Positions 42,952 through 51,711 of a stretch of 64,000 bases of DNA are shown in pieces. Each line of letters starts with the position of its first letter. The first letter of the stretch is position 1. Both the position numbers and the translations under genes were made by a program. Origin of the DNA: an uncultured Acidimicrobiaceae bacterium (GTDB lineage Bacteria; Actinomycetota; Acidimicrobiia; Acidimicrobiales; RAAP-2); NCBI GenBank assembly GCA_963744225.1, contig CAVUSV010000002.1, positions 40,402 to 104,401 of the forward strand, given 5' to 3'. The notes below the pieces were generated by a model, which had not been told where the DNA came from, made no database searches, and saw only the letters and a program-made list of their open reading frames with translations.

Positions 42952-43527
42952 TCAGCCAGTCCCTCGGTTCCAGAGCTCGATGGCAGGCCAGTCGTGCTCC
43001 CAGGCCAGCACACAGATCGATCCGGCGTACAGCCGGAGCAGACGTCCGGCCACCGGCGGCAAACCGAGCCAGCGAGCAGCCAACACACGGAGGAGATGCC
43101 CGTGGGCCACGCACAGCACGTCGCCCTCCACCCCCTTCACCCGCTCGATCACCCGCTCGGCGCGACGGCCCACATCTGACACCCGCTCGCCCTCGGGCAC
43201 CCCGTCGTCCCACAGCCTCCAGCCGGGTCGCCGTTCCCGGATCTCGGCCGAGGTCAGCCCTTCGTAGGCGCCGTAATCCCACTCCATGAGGTCGGGCTCA
43301 GCCTCCCCTTCGAAACCCGCGAATGCGCACGTCTCTGCTGCCCGGCGCAGGGGACTCGTCAGGACCAAGGCGAAGGTCGTGAAACCGTGCGCACGTAGGA
43401 GCTCAGCCGCCTCTTTCGCCTGCGTGCGGCCTTCGGCGACCAAGGGAATATCCGTGCGCCCCGTGTGTTGACCGCTGAGAGACCACTCGGTCGCCCCGTG
43501 CCTCAACAACACCAACCTGGCGACCAC
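42952..43527 (-). CDS. Histidine phosphatase family protein (phosphoglycerate mutase-like)
   Basis: LVLLRHGATEWS (RHG motif), TSPLRRA and VAHGHLLR. Confidence 0.8.
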   Translation of the reverse strand: MVARLVLLRHGATEWSLSGQHTGRTDIPLVAEGRTQAKEAAELLRAHGFTTFALVLTSPLRRAAETCAFAGFEGEAEPDLMEWDYGAYEGLTSAEIRERRPGWRLWDDGVPEGERVSDVGRRAERVIERVKGVEGDVLCVAHGHLLRVLAARWLGLPPVAGRLLRLYAGSICVLAWEHDWPAIELWNRGTG

Positions 43528-43682
43528 GGCCGTACACCATCACGGAGCGGCTGTGGGCGCAACTCGGTCCGAACACCCCCATGGAATGATCCGAGCAGGG
43601 GTCGGGTTGTACGAGGCAGGTTCATCCCGGAACCCTCCGGGTACGTACGACTGAGAGTGAGCAAAAAGCGTCTGGAGCGAAC

Positions 43683-44519
43683 ATGAAAAGCGCGGTGAGC
43701 ACGTCGGACACGTTAGGACTGATGTTGCGCGACCTCGACCAGTTTCCTATGCCCGACCACGAACAACAGGTTGCGCTGGCCAAGCGAGTCGCGGCCGGCG
43801 ACGAGGCGGCGCGTAAGCAGATGGTCGCTGCCAACTTGCGGTTGGTGGTGCACTGGGCGCGGCGCTATCAAGACCGCGGCGTGGACATGGCCGATCTCGT
43901 CCAGGAAGGAACCTTCGGCCTGATGCGAGCTGTCGACAAGTTCGACTGGGAGCGAGGCTTCCGGTTCTCCACCTACGCCACGTGGTGGATCCGCCAGGCG
44001 CTGCAGCGTGCCGTCCAGCAGCACGGTCGCACCATTCGGATTCCTCTCGAGGTCGGTGAGCAGATCCAGCGCCTCGAGCTCACGAAATCAGAGCTCGCAA
44101 GCACGCTGGGCCGCGCCCCGACAGAGTCCGAACTTGCCGAGGCGACTGGCATGACCGCAGACGAGCGTGAGTCGCTCGAAGACGTGGCTCGCGTGACTGC
44201 GTCACTCGACCAGCCCGCTGCCCTCGAGTCGTCAACCACGTTGGGTGAGCTGGTGGCACCTGACGACAGTGACTTCGTCGGAGACGTGGAGCAGACGATG
44301 GTTTACGAGCGGGTCCGAGACGCGGTCGAGCGACTTCCCGGGCTTCAGCGCGACGTGCTCCGTCTCCGCTTCGGCTTCGACGGTGACTCCCCTGCCTCGC
44401 TCCAATCGACGGCGGAGCGCCTCGGCGTGGGCGTTCGTCGGGTGCGACGGGCAGAGGAGGAAGCGCTGGCTGCGCTGTCCTTCGACTCCGACGTCCTCGG
44501 CGTCCACCAAGCAGCCTGA
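43683..44519 (+). CDS. RNA polymerase sigma-70 family factor (non-ECF, regions 2-4)
   Basis: DLVQEGTFGLMRAVDKFDWERGFRFSTYATWWIRQA (region 2), region 3, and region 4 (LQRDVLRLRFG...STAERLGVGVRRVRRAE). GGAG RBS 7 nt upstream of the ATG. Confidence 0.85.
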   Translation: MKSAVSTSDTLGLMLRDLDQFPMPDHEQQVALAKRVAAGDEAARKQMVAANLRLVVHWARRYQDRGVDMADLVQEGTFGLMRAVDKFDWERGFRFSTYATWWIRQALQRAVQQHGRTIRIPLEVGEQIQRLELTKSELASTLGRAPTESELAEATGMTADERESLEDVARVTASLDQPAALESSTTLGELVAPDDSDFVGDVEQTMVYERVRDAVERLPGLQRDVLRLRFGFDGDSPASLQSTAERLGVGVRRVRRAEEEALAALSFDSDVLGVHQAA

Positions 44520-44541
44520 GACGCCGCGATTGCTCGCCGCG

Positions 44542-45547
44542 CTACCCCAGATAGGCCCGCAGGTCTTCGGGTAGCTCCGAAGTGAACTCGCATGCGTGCC
44601 CCTGTGCCCGGGTGCGTGAGCGCGAGCTTGAAGGCGTGCAGGAAGAACCGGCCGGCGCCAAGGCGTCTGTCGGGCACCCCGTAGCGGGCATCCCCCACGA
44701 CGGGGTGCCCGATGGCGGCCATGTGCACGCGTATCTGATGGGTTCGCCCGCTCTGTAAAGAGAGCTCCAGCAGGGTCGTCGGTGTCTCGCCCTCGCCCTC
44801 GCGCCGCTCGACGACGGCGTACGCGGTCCGTGCCGGCTTGCCGTCCGCGGTGACGGCCATCTTCGTGGGTGTGCGGGACGAGCGCCCGATCGGTGCCTCG
44901 ACCTCGCCACGCTCCTCGGCCACCTCCCCGGCCACGAGCGCGAGGTACCGGCGTTCCATCGTCCGCGTGGCCAGTTGTTCCACGAGCGCGTGGTATGCAT
45001 CCGCCGTCCGCGCCACCGCCAAGAGCCCGGAGGTGCCCTTGTCGAGCCGGTGCACGATCCCGGGCCGGTCGGGTGCGCAGACCCCTGTGGTCACCAGCTC
45101 TGCCAAATCCGGAAAGCGGGCCAACAAGCCGCCGACCAGGGTCCCGACATCATGGCCCGCACCGGGATGCACCACGAGGCCCGCCGGTTTGTCCACGACC
45201 GCCACCACGTCGTCTGCGTGCACCACCTCGAAGCGCACACCGGGCTCGGCCAGCACGCTTCCATCTCGAATTTCCGGCAGCAGCACGGTCAGCGTGGCGC
45301 CCTCCCGGAGCAGGGTGCGCCCGACCGAGACCGGCACACCGTCCACCAGAACCCGGCCAGCCTCGATCAGCTCCGTTGCCGTCGCCCGCGAGACGTCGGC
45401 CGCCATCGCGACCCCCCGATCCACCCGGACGCCCGCCATGAGCGCAGGGATCTCGGTCGAAACCGTCTCCCCGCCAGCAGGGACCGTGCCGGCGGCGCCA
45501 GCATCGCCCTCACTCGCTCGCCCAGTGCCCCCGTCGTGCGGGGTCAT
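44542..45547 (-). pseudogene. rluD: 23S rRNA pseudouridine synthase (RluD/RluA family), frame broken near the 3' end
   Basis: S4 domain plus HRLDKGTSGLL and GRTHQIRVH. After LTHPGTG the conserved end HACEFTSELPEDLRAYLG is in the frame of ORF 44542..45000. The break is at the run 44599-44602. The ATG at 45547 overlaps the lspA stop (ATGA). Confidence 0.85.
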
Positions 45548-46041
45548 GCGGCTTCCCCTGGGCGCACGGCGCGGCGATTGCCAAAGAGCAGGCCGGCGAT
45601 GACGATGACGACGCCAACGGTCACGCACGCGTCGGCCACGTTGAAGGTCGGCCAGTATTCGAGCGTGATGAAGTCGGGTACCCGTCCGCCGTGTCCTCCG
45701 ATGATCCGCTCACTCAGATTCCCGACGGCACCCCCAAGGACCAGCCCCGCTCCCACAGCAAGCGGGACCGTGCGGACCTGTGCCACGACGATTGCGAGCA
45801 CCGCGACACCGATGCACAGGAGCACCGTGACGGCGACGGCACGCCCGCTGAAGAGGCTAAAGGCAAACCCCGAATTGAAGGCGAGCGCCAGGCCGAACGG
45901 CCCCCAGATGTGCCGGACGTCGTGAAGATGATCGAGGGCGAGCGAGGTGGTCACCCAATCGGCCACGACCACGATGGCGGCGATGCCGAAGGCCAGAACC
46001 CGGGGCCGGGTCAGCGCCGCGACAGCCCTCCACTCTTGCAC
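45544..46041 (-). CDS. lspA: Lipoprotein signal peptidase (signal peptidase II)
   Basis: Four TM segments with FNSGFAFS, GGAVGNLSER and PTFNVAD motifs. Confidence 0.85.
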   Translation of the reverse strand: MQEWRAVAALTRPRVLAFGIAAIVVVADWVTTSLALDHLHDVRHIWGPFGLALAFNSGFAFSLFSGRAVAVTVLLCIGVAVLAIVVAQVRTVPLAVGAGLVLGGAVGNLSERIIGGHGGRVPDFITLEYWPTFNVADACVTVGVVIVIAGLLFGNRRAVRPGEAA

Positions 46042-46918
46042 GCCACACAGAGACGGGCGTAGGGCAGAGCGCGCGCAGGCGCGGCTTCGGAATGGGCTGG
46101 AAGCACCGCTCGCAGTAGCCGTACGTCTTGTCGGCTATTCGCCGCAGCGCGTCATCAATCTCCTCAACGGCCAGGGTCGCCTGACCCGACAGAGCGAGAT
46201 TGCGTTCGCGGTCGACCGTCACCGTGCCGCCCTCGCCTGACTCTTCGTCGAATTGCACGTCACCGGGCTCGCGCTCGAGTGCCAAGGAATCGGCCTCGGC
46301 CCGCAACGAGGTCGCCTGCTCTTGGTAGATGGCGCGATCGGCCAGGAGCAACTCACCTACTTCGTCGAGGAATTTCGTGTCCTTGGCGTAGGGACCCGTC
46401 TTCGGCCGCACCGGGGCGGGGGGCTTCGGCTTGGGCGTGAACGTCGTGCGCGGAGGCGCCGCCGGCGCAGCGCCGTTGGTGGCGCCGGCCACGGCCACCG
46501 TCTTGGCCGCAGCGGATGCCGGCGCCGGCTTCTTGGCGGCCGGCTTCTCGTCCGACTTCTTGGTCGAGGCCGACGCCGGGGCCCTCTTGGGCGCCGCCGG
46601 CTTCTTGGCCGGCGGGGCGGACTTCCGAGCGGCCGGAGCCGCTTTCTTGGCAGGCGGTGCCTTCTTGGTGGTGGCCGGCATCGCCTTCTTCGGTGCCGCG
46701 GCCGCCACCTTCTTGGTCGGAGCTGCGGTCTTCTTTGTCTGTGTGGCTGCCTTCTTCACAACGGGGACTGCCTTCTTTTTTGAGAGACCGGGACGTTTTG
46801 CGGCTGTTGCAGCAACCTTGGCGAGAGACTTTTTGTTCCCGGCCCGTGGGATGGATTTGGTGGCCGATCGCGACGCGGGCAACTTGTTGACCTGGGAGCC
46901 CTTGCTCGCTGGGGTCAT
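46011..46918 (-). pseudogene. DksA/TraR-type C4 zinc-finger protein with a long Lys/Ala/Pro-rich histone-H1-like N-terminal region, frame broken near the 3' end
   Basis: The N-terminal region of about 185 aa consists of KKAA/PAKK repeats. It is followed by a DksA-like coiled coil and YGYCERC. The second Cys pair (ALPYARLCVACKSGGLSRR-stop) lies in another frame. The junction is at about 46067-46078; 908 nt +1 = 303 codons. AGGAGG RBS. Confidence 0.75.
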
Positions 46919-47044
46919 CGTTCCCTCCTTCGGACCACTCGGCGTGGCCGGTTTCCCTGACGACGACCTCGTCCCAGGGGCGGGTGACGATACCGGACCG
47001 CGACGACCAGGGGCAACACCCTGGTCACTCTGCGGGTGGAGGGA

Positions 47045-47827
47045 TCAGTGGGGCCTGGGTGCTCCTGAAATGGCGGCACCAGACGCACTCTGGAGATTCA
47101 GTGTGGGTGGCCCGTCCTCTGCCTCGGGCATCCTCGACGAGTCGGACGAGTCGGACGAGTCGGTCGAGAGCTCGTCCTCCTTGGTCGCGCGGCCGAACGC
47201 GGCTTGACGCCCATGAGCGAGTTCGCGGGCTGCACGTTCTCGTCGACCCACTTGAGAATCTCGGAGAGCGCGCCGCGCAGACGGTTGCGCTCCGACTCGA
47301 GGTGCCGCGCCATGCTCTCCAGATCTGCGGCCAGCTCGGTCCGAGTCGACTCCAACCGAGTCACCTCCTCGCGCAGCTTCTGATGTGTCTCCGCTTGAAG
47401 CTGCGTCGCCGTCGCCTCAGCGGCGGCGACCGACAGCCCGCGCCGCCTGCTCAGCCTGCGCCACGATCGCCGCGGCCTCGGCCTCGCTCTCCCGCTTGGT
47501 CTGGTCGACGAACTTCTGCGCCAACAAGAGCGTGCGCTGGAGCGTCTCGTCGGAGAGCGCCGGGTCCGCCGCGGGCGCAGGCGCTCGCTCGCCCTCAGCC
47601 GCCACCGGCGCGGCTCGCTTGTCCCGCTCGAGCTGAGCGATCCGATCGCTCGCCTGGCGCAGGCGCTCGTTCAACTGGCGGACGTGCTCCTGGAGCCCCT
47701 CGGCTTCCTGGGCGGCTTTGTCGAGGTACTCATCGACTTCGTCGACGTTGTAGCCCTTCAGGCCGAGGCGGAACTCCACGGTGCGAAGGGTGTCGAGGAT
47801 CGAGGCAGGCGCTTGGGAGTTATCCAT
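47045..47827 (-). pseudogene. divIVA: DivIVA/Wag31 cell-division protein, frame apparently broken twice
   Basis: The N-terminus ILDTLRTVEFRLGLKGYNVDEVDEYLDKA lies in ORF 47417..47827. The coiled coil continues (VAAAEATATQLQAETHQKLREEVTRLESTRTEL...) in ORF 47098..47364. GC3 favours a third frame (AAFGRATKEDELSTDSSDSSDSS...) to the stop at 47045. The exact C-terminus is uncertain. Confidence 0.75.
47136..47162 (-). repeat. Perfect 9-bp tandem repeat x3 (GACGAGTCG on the plus strand) encoding DSS-DSS-DSS in the divIVA tail
   Basis: Read directly at 47136-47144, 47145-47153 and 47154-47162. A degenerate fourth unit lies at 47163-47171. Confidence 0.9.
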
Positions 47828-47835
47828 GGGGGCCG

Positions 47836-47841
47836 AGTCTA
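47836..47841 (-). promoter_or_regulatory. Predicted -10 hexamer TAGACT, 8 nt upstream of the divIVA ATG (leaderless)
   Basis: The minus strand reads gtTAGACTcggcccccATG. Confidence 0.4.
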
Positions 47842-47865
47842 ACCACCCCTTCCTAGCGTTCCACG

Positions 47866-47947
47866 AATATCGCTCATGCCCGGAGCAGGGAAATCAGCAG
47901 AACTTGCCCGGCAATATCGCTCACGCCCGTAGCACAGGAATCAGCAC
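47866..47947 (-). repeat. Imperfect 35-nt direct duplication of the yggT 3' end (copies at 47913-47947 and 47866-47900)
   Basis: 29 of 35 nt are identical. The genic copy encodes VLIPVLRA-stop. The intergenic copy would encode LLISLLRA-stop, followed by the same GCGATATT. Confidence 0.8.
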
Positions 47948-48181
47948 GATCTGCGCGACCAGGATCACCACCAGAAACGAGAAATCCAACCCGGCCATGG
48001 GGCGGATGATCCGGCGCACGGGACGGAGCACCGGCTCCGTCGCCTGATAGAGGAAGTACTGGACCCGGGCCAGGGTCGTCCCCGGCCGGATCCTGAACCA
48101 GCTCAGAATCGCGTACGGAAACATGACCAGCCAGATGTAGGCCTCAATGAGCCACGCGAGCAGATGGAAAATATTCACCAA
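47921..48181 (-). CDS. yggT: YggT family membrane protein
   Basis: 86-aa two-TM protein (YIWLVMFPYAILSWF...PVLRPVRRIIP-like motif) in the conserved sepF-yggT-divIVA position. Confidence 0.8.
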   Translation of the reverse strand: MVNIFHLLAWLIEAYIWLVMFPYAILSWFRIRPGTTLARVQYFLYQATEPVLRPVRRIIRPMAGLDFSFLVVILVAQIVLIPVLRA

Positions 48182-48199
48182 ACTGGCAGGGTAGTGGGT

Positions 48200-48784
48200 C
48201 TAGTCGCGGCCGAAACCGCGCTCGACCAGTCGCTGCCGCTCCTCGTCGGAAACTTTCACGTTGGTGGGCGCCAGCAGGAAGACCTGGTCCGCTACCTTCT
48301 CCATCTCGCCGCTGAGGGCGTACGTCACCCCGCTGCAGAAGTCGATCATCCGCCGCTGCAGGTCCCGGTCGGCCATCTGCAGGTTCACGATCACGGGCCG
48401 GTTGTCCTTCAGACGGTCCGCGATCTCCTTTGCGTCACCGAACCTCGACGGGGCCACCACGTGCACCCGCGCCGACGTCGGGGCCGCCGCAGGGTTGATC
48501 GAGGTGTCGACGGGCATGGCACGGACTGCCGAGGGGCGGGGTGCCACATTGCTCTGCGAGGGCCTCGACTGGTTGGGAACAGCGGACTCCCGAGGGATGG
48601 TGCGCACCCTGCTCATGCCCCCGCTGAACTCCTCGGCCTGCTCGTGGTCCTGGGTGCGGGGCTCGACCCGCGTGGCCGCAGAGAACCCGCGCGGCGCCCG
48701 GTCCTCGAGGTCGTCGTACTCGTCATACTCGTCATCGAGCAGGCCGAGATACACCATGGTCTTCTTCATGAACGAGGGTGACAT
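48200..48784 (-). CDS. sepF: Cell division protein SepF
   Basis: MSPSFMKKTMVYLGLLDDE... and the C-terminal domain FGDAKEIADRLKDNRPVIVNL...RRMIDFCSGVTYAL. ATG 48784 is directly preceded by AGGAGAAGG. The GTG at 48799 in the ORF track is rejected. Confidence 0.85.
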   Translation of the reverse strand: MSPSFMKKTMVYLGLLDDEYDEYDDLEDRAPRGFSAATRVEPRTQDHEQAEEFSGGMSRVRTIPRESAVPNQSRPSQSNVAPRPSAVRAMPVDTSINPAAAPTSARVHVVAPSRFGDAKEIADRLKDNRPVIVNLQMADRDLQRRMIDFCSGVTYALSGEMEKVADQVFLLAPTNVKVSDEERQRLVERGFGRD

Positions 48785-48939
48785 GCCTTCTCCTGTCATC
48801 GGACAGCGTAGTGCCTGCTCGGCAGCACGCGATGGTCTGGAGACCCAGGCCGCCGGCCCTCCGCCCTGCCGTCGAGATCCCGCGAGCGCCTGGCCCAGGC
48901 CTTCAAGAGCCTTCCCCGACGGGCCCGACCCGAGGCCCC

Positions 48940-49617
48940 TTAGAGCGTCGTCACCAGCGGCCGCTCCCCGAAAAGAGCCCGGCCGAGACGGACCATCGTC
49001 GACCCGGCCGCCACGGCCGCCTCGAGGTCGTCACTCATGCCCATGGAACGCTCCTCGAGGCCCAGCTGGTCCGCCAAGCGGCCCACGGATGTGAACGCCT
49101 CCGTGGCGTCGGGGCCCGGTGCGGCCACGGTCATGAGACCGCGGACGTCGAGGCCGAGTCCCAGGAGGCGCCCCACCAGCTCGGGCACCTCGGACGGTGG
49201 ACACCCGTTGCGGCCTGGAAGGCCGGTGGTATCGACCTGCACCAGGACCTTGGCCCCGGGCGCAAAGCGGGCGATGCGCGCTCCCTCGGACTCGCGGGCC
49301 ACGCTCTGCCACAGCGAGACGATCGGCGCGAGCAGGGGCACCTTGTTCCGCTGCACTGCACCGAGGAAGTGCCAGACGACCCCGTCCTCGACCACCGACG
49401 CTTTCGCGACGAGCTCCGCCGCATAGTTCTCGCCGAGATCCCGAAGCCCGGCGTCCCGCGCCGCACGTACCGCATCGGGCCCGAACCCTTTGGTGACTGC
49501 GACGACCCGCACGCGGGCGGGATCGCCACCGGCTCGCTGAATCCGTTGCCGGACCGCGATCAGCCTCGGCGCGACCTCGCTACCGGAGGAAGGAGGGGAC
49601 GTCGAAATCGTCGTCAC
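48940..49617 (-). CDS. yggS: YggS/YlmE family pyridoxal-phosphate-binding protein
   Basis: VVAVTKGF (PLP Lys), [11 protein letters not shown] and [11 protein letters not shown]. The GTG at 49617 overlaps ftsZ by 38 nt, so the start is uncertain. Confidence 0.8.
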   Translation of the reverse strand: MTTISTSPPSSGSEVAPRLIAVRQRIQRAGGDPARVRVVAVTKGFGPDAVRAARDAGLRDLGENYAAELVAKASVVEDGVVWHFLGAVQRNKVPLLAPIVSLWQSVARESEGARIARFAPGAKVLVQVDTTGLPGRNGCPPSEVPELVGRLLGLGLDVRGLMTVAAPGPDATEAFTSVGRLADQLGLEERSMGMSDDLEAAVAAGSTMVRLGRALFGERPLVTTL

Positions 49618-50686
49618 CCAGATCGAGCTGTTCCTCGCTCCCGGTGGCGTCGGCGAAGATGTCCACGGGTTCGGGGGTGGCGAAGATCGTCGAGTTCAGG
49701 TCGGCCGACCGCGAGGTCGGGGCGCCCTCCTCCCAGCGCTCGAACCCGGCGGCGATCACCGTCACCCGGACCTCGTCGCCCATGTTGTCGTCGATCACAG
49801 CCCCAAAGATGATGTTGGCGTCGGGATGGGCCACGCCGTGGATGATCTCAGCCGCCTCGTTCACCTCGAAGAGCCCGAGGTCGGAGCCACCGGCGATGTT
49901 GAGCACCATGCCACGGGCGCCCTCAATGGACGCCTCGAGCAGCGGCGACGTGATGGCCGCCCGCGCCGCGTTGGCGGCCCGCCCCTCGCCAATGGACGAG
50001 CCGATGCCCATGATGGCCGTGCCGGCATTGGTCATGACCATCTTCACGTCGGCGAAGTCGGTGTTGATAAGCCCGGGCACGGTGATCAGGTCGGTGATGC
50101 CGCGCACGCCCTGCAGCAGGACCTCGTCGGCCATCTTGAACGCGTTGACCATGCTGGTCTTGTCGTTGGACACGGTGAGCAAGCGATCGTTCGGGATGAC
50201 GATCAGCGTGTCGACCTTCTCCTTGAGGATCTGGATGCCCTTCTCGGCCTGCATGGCCCTGCGCCGCCCCTCGAAGGTGAAGGGGCGGGTGACGACGCCG
50301 ATGGTCAAGGCGCCGAGGCCCTTGGCGATCTCGGCCACCACGGGCGCGGCCCCGGTCCCGGTGCCACCACCCTTTCCGGCCGTGATGAAGACCATGTCCG
50401 CGCCCTGGAGCGCCTCCTCAATCTCGGCCCGGTGCTCCTCGCCGGCCAGCCGACCTATCTCGGGGTCGCTCCCGGCTCCCAGGCCGCGGGTGAGCTGGCG
50501 CCCGATGTCCAATTTCAGGTCGGCGTCGCTCATCAGCAGCGCCTGGGCGTCCGTGTTGGCCGCGATGAACTCGACGTTGCGCAGACCCGCATCGATCATC
50601 CGGTTGACGGCGTTGACGCCCCCGCCCCCGACCCCGACCACCTTGATGACTGCCAGGTAGTTGCCTTGGGTAGGCACGGTCGTCAT
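49580..50686 (-). CDS. ftsZ: Cell division GTPase FtsZ
   Basis: [13 protein letters not shown] and the tubulin signature [14 protein letters not shown]. The C-terminal peptide is [20 protein letters not shown]. Confidence 0.95.
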   Translation of the reverse strand: MTTVPTQGNYLAVIKVVGVGGGGVNAVNRMIDAGLRNVEFIAANTDAQALLMSDADLKLDIGRQLTRGLGAGSDPEIGRLAGEEHRAEIEEALQGADMVFITAGKGGGTGTGAAPVVAEIAKGLGALTIGVVTRPFTFEGRRRAMQAEKGIQILKEKVDTLIVIPNDRLLTVSNDKTSMVNAFKMADEVLLQGVRGITDLITVPGLINTDFADVKMVMTNAGTAIMGIGSSIGEGRAANAARAAITSPLLEASIEGARGMVLNIAGGSDLGLFEVNEAAEIIHGVAHPDANIIFGAVIDDNMGDEVRVTVIAAGFERWEEGAPTSRSADLNSTIFATPEPVDIFADATGSEEQLDLGDDDFDVPSFLR

Positions 50687-50865
50687 GAACTCCCTCGTCC
50701 TCGGGTCGATCGCCGACCGGTCATTGCTCGTACGTTCCGCCAGACGTTACCGGGGATGTGCGATCAGCGACCGATCCCTGAACCTTCTGGGAAGGTTGAT
50801 GTTCACAGTACGCCAACGTGAACCCCACCATACGGGTGGTGTTCAGGCTGGTCAAGCATCCTACG

Positions 50866-51711
50866 TCACCCTGATGTCACCGTCGGTGCGCCGGGGACGC
50901 TGACGTCGATGACATCCCCGTTGTGTAGGGTGGCGCCCGCGAGAATGGACGACACCGCCTCGTACTTCGCGGTGAGCTGCGCCGTCGAGCCGAGGTCGAC
51001 GAGGATGGGGGTCGTTAGGGCCAGCTGGACCCAGCCGGCGGGCTCGACGGTGACGCCCGTGACCTGAGCGGCGAAGGAGGCCGGCAGGGTGGCCGCCACG
51101 CGCAGCCCGGCAGCGTCCTTGTTCGAGAGCTGCGCACCAGGGGACCCGGGCACCTCCGGAATGGTGAGCAGCAGCAAACCCGCCGGACGCGTGGCGGACG
51201 CGCTCAGCACCCTGCCGTCGCCGCTCAGTGACTCCCAGGTGCCGCCCGCCATGCTGACGACGAAGCGCGGTATCTCCTCGGTCACCGCGATGTGGACGCC
51301 GTCGGGCCACGACACGCGCACGGTCGCCGAACGGACCCATGGCAGCTGCTCGAGACGCGCCGCAGCCGCGCCGGCGTTGACATCGAGGAGCGGTGGCTGG
51401 CTGGCCAGTCCCGCCTGGGCGACGACCTGGGCGGCGGTCTCGTGCACGTTCCCGATCACCGTCACCGAGCGAGCCGAGAACAGCGGCGTGTGGAGCAGGA
51501 ACCAAGCGCCGACGAGGCAGGACGCTCCGGCAAGACCAATGACGACAATGCGCAGCCGGCGACGCCCCTGCTCCCGCAGGACAGCCGTCCGACGAGCCGA
51601 GATTCGCGGGTCCATTCGGTGGCGACCGCCACCGCTCTTGCCCCCGAGTCCGCCGCGACCCAGACCGCGCACAGTCCGCTTCGCCCTCTCGAGAAGTCCC
51701 TCCGGCGTCAT
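50866..51711 (-). CDS. ftsQ: Cell division protein FtsQ (POTRA domain)
   Basis: Basic N-terminus, single TM (LRIVVIGLAGASCLVGAWFLL), then a POTRA-like segment SVTVIGNVHETAAQV. The ATG overlaps the murB stop (ATGA). Confidence 0.8.
   Translation of the reverse strand: MTPEGLLERAKRTVRGLGRGGLGGKSGGGRHRMDPRISARRTAVLREQGRRRLRIVVIGLAGASCLVGAWFLLHTPLFSARSVTVIGNVHETAAQVVAQAGLASQPPLLDVNAGAAAARLEQLPWVRSATVRVSWPDGVHIAVTEEIPRFVVSMAGGTWESLSGDGRVLSASATRPAGLLLLTIPEVPGSPGAQLSNKDAAGLRVAATLPASFAAQVTGVTVEPAGWVQLALTTPILVDLGSTAQLTAKYEAVSSILAGATLHNGDVIDVSVPGAPTVTSG

Noticed and set aside
43528-43541. A leaderless promoter for the histidine phosphatase gene (GATGGT-N8-GTG)
   Set aside because: The hexamer lacks the conserved first T of TANNNT. 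It is too weak to list as a feature.
46300-46800. Repetitive DNA that might be mistaken for a CRISPR array or a satellite
   Set aside because: The periodicity is irregular and in frame. It encodes the Lys/Ala/Pro repeats of the DksA-like protein, and there are no constant repeats with unique spacers.
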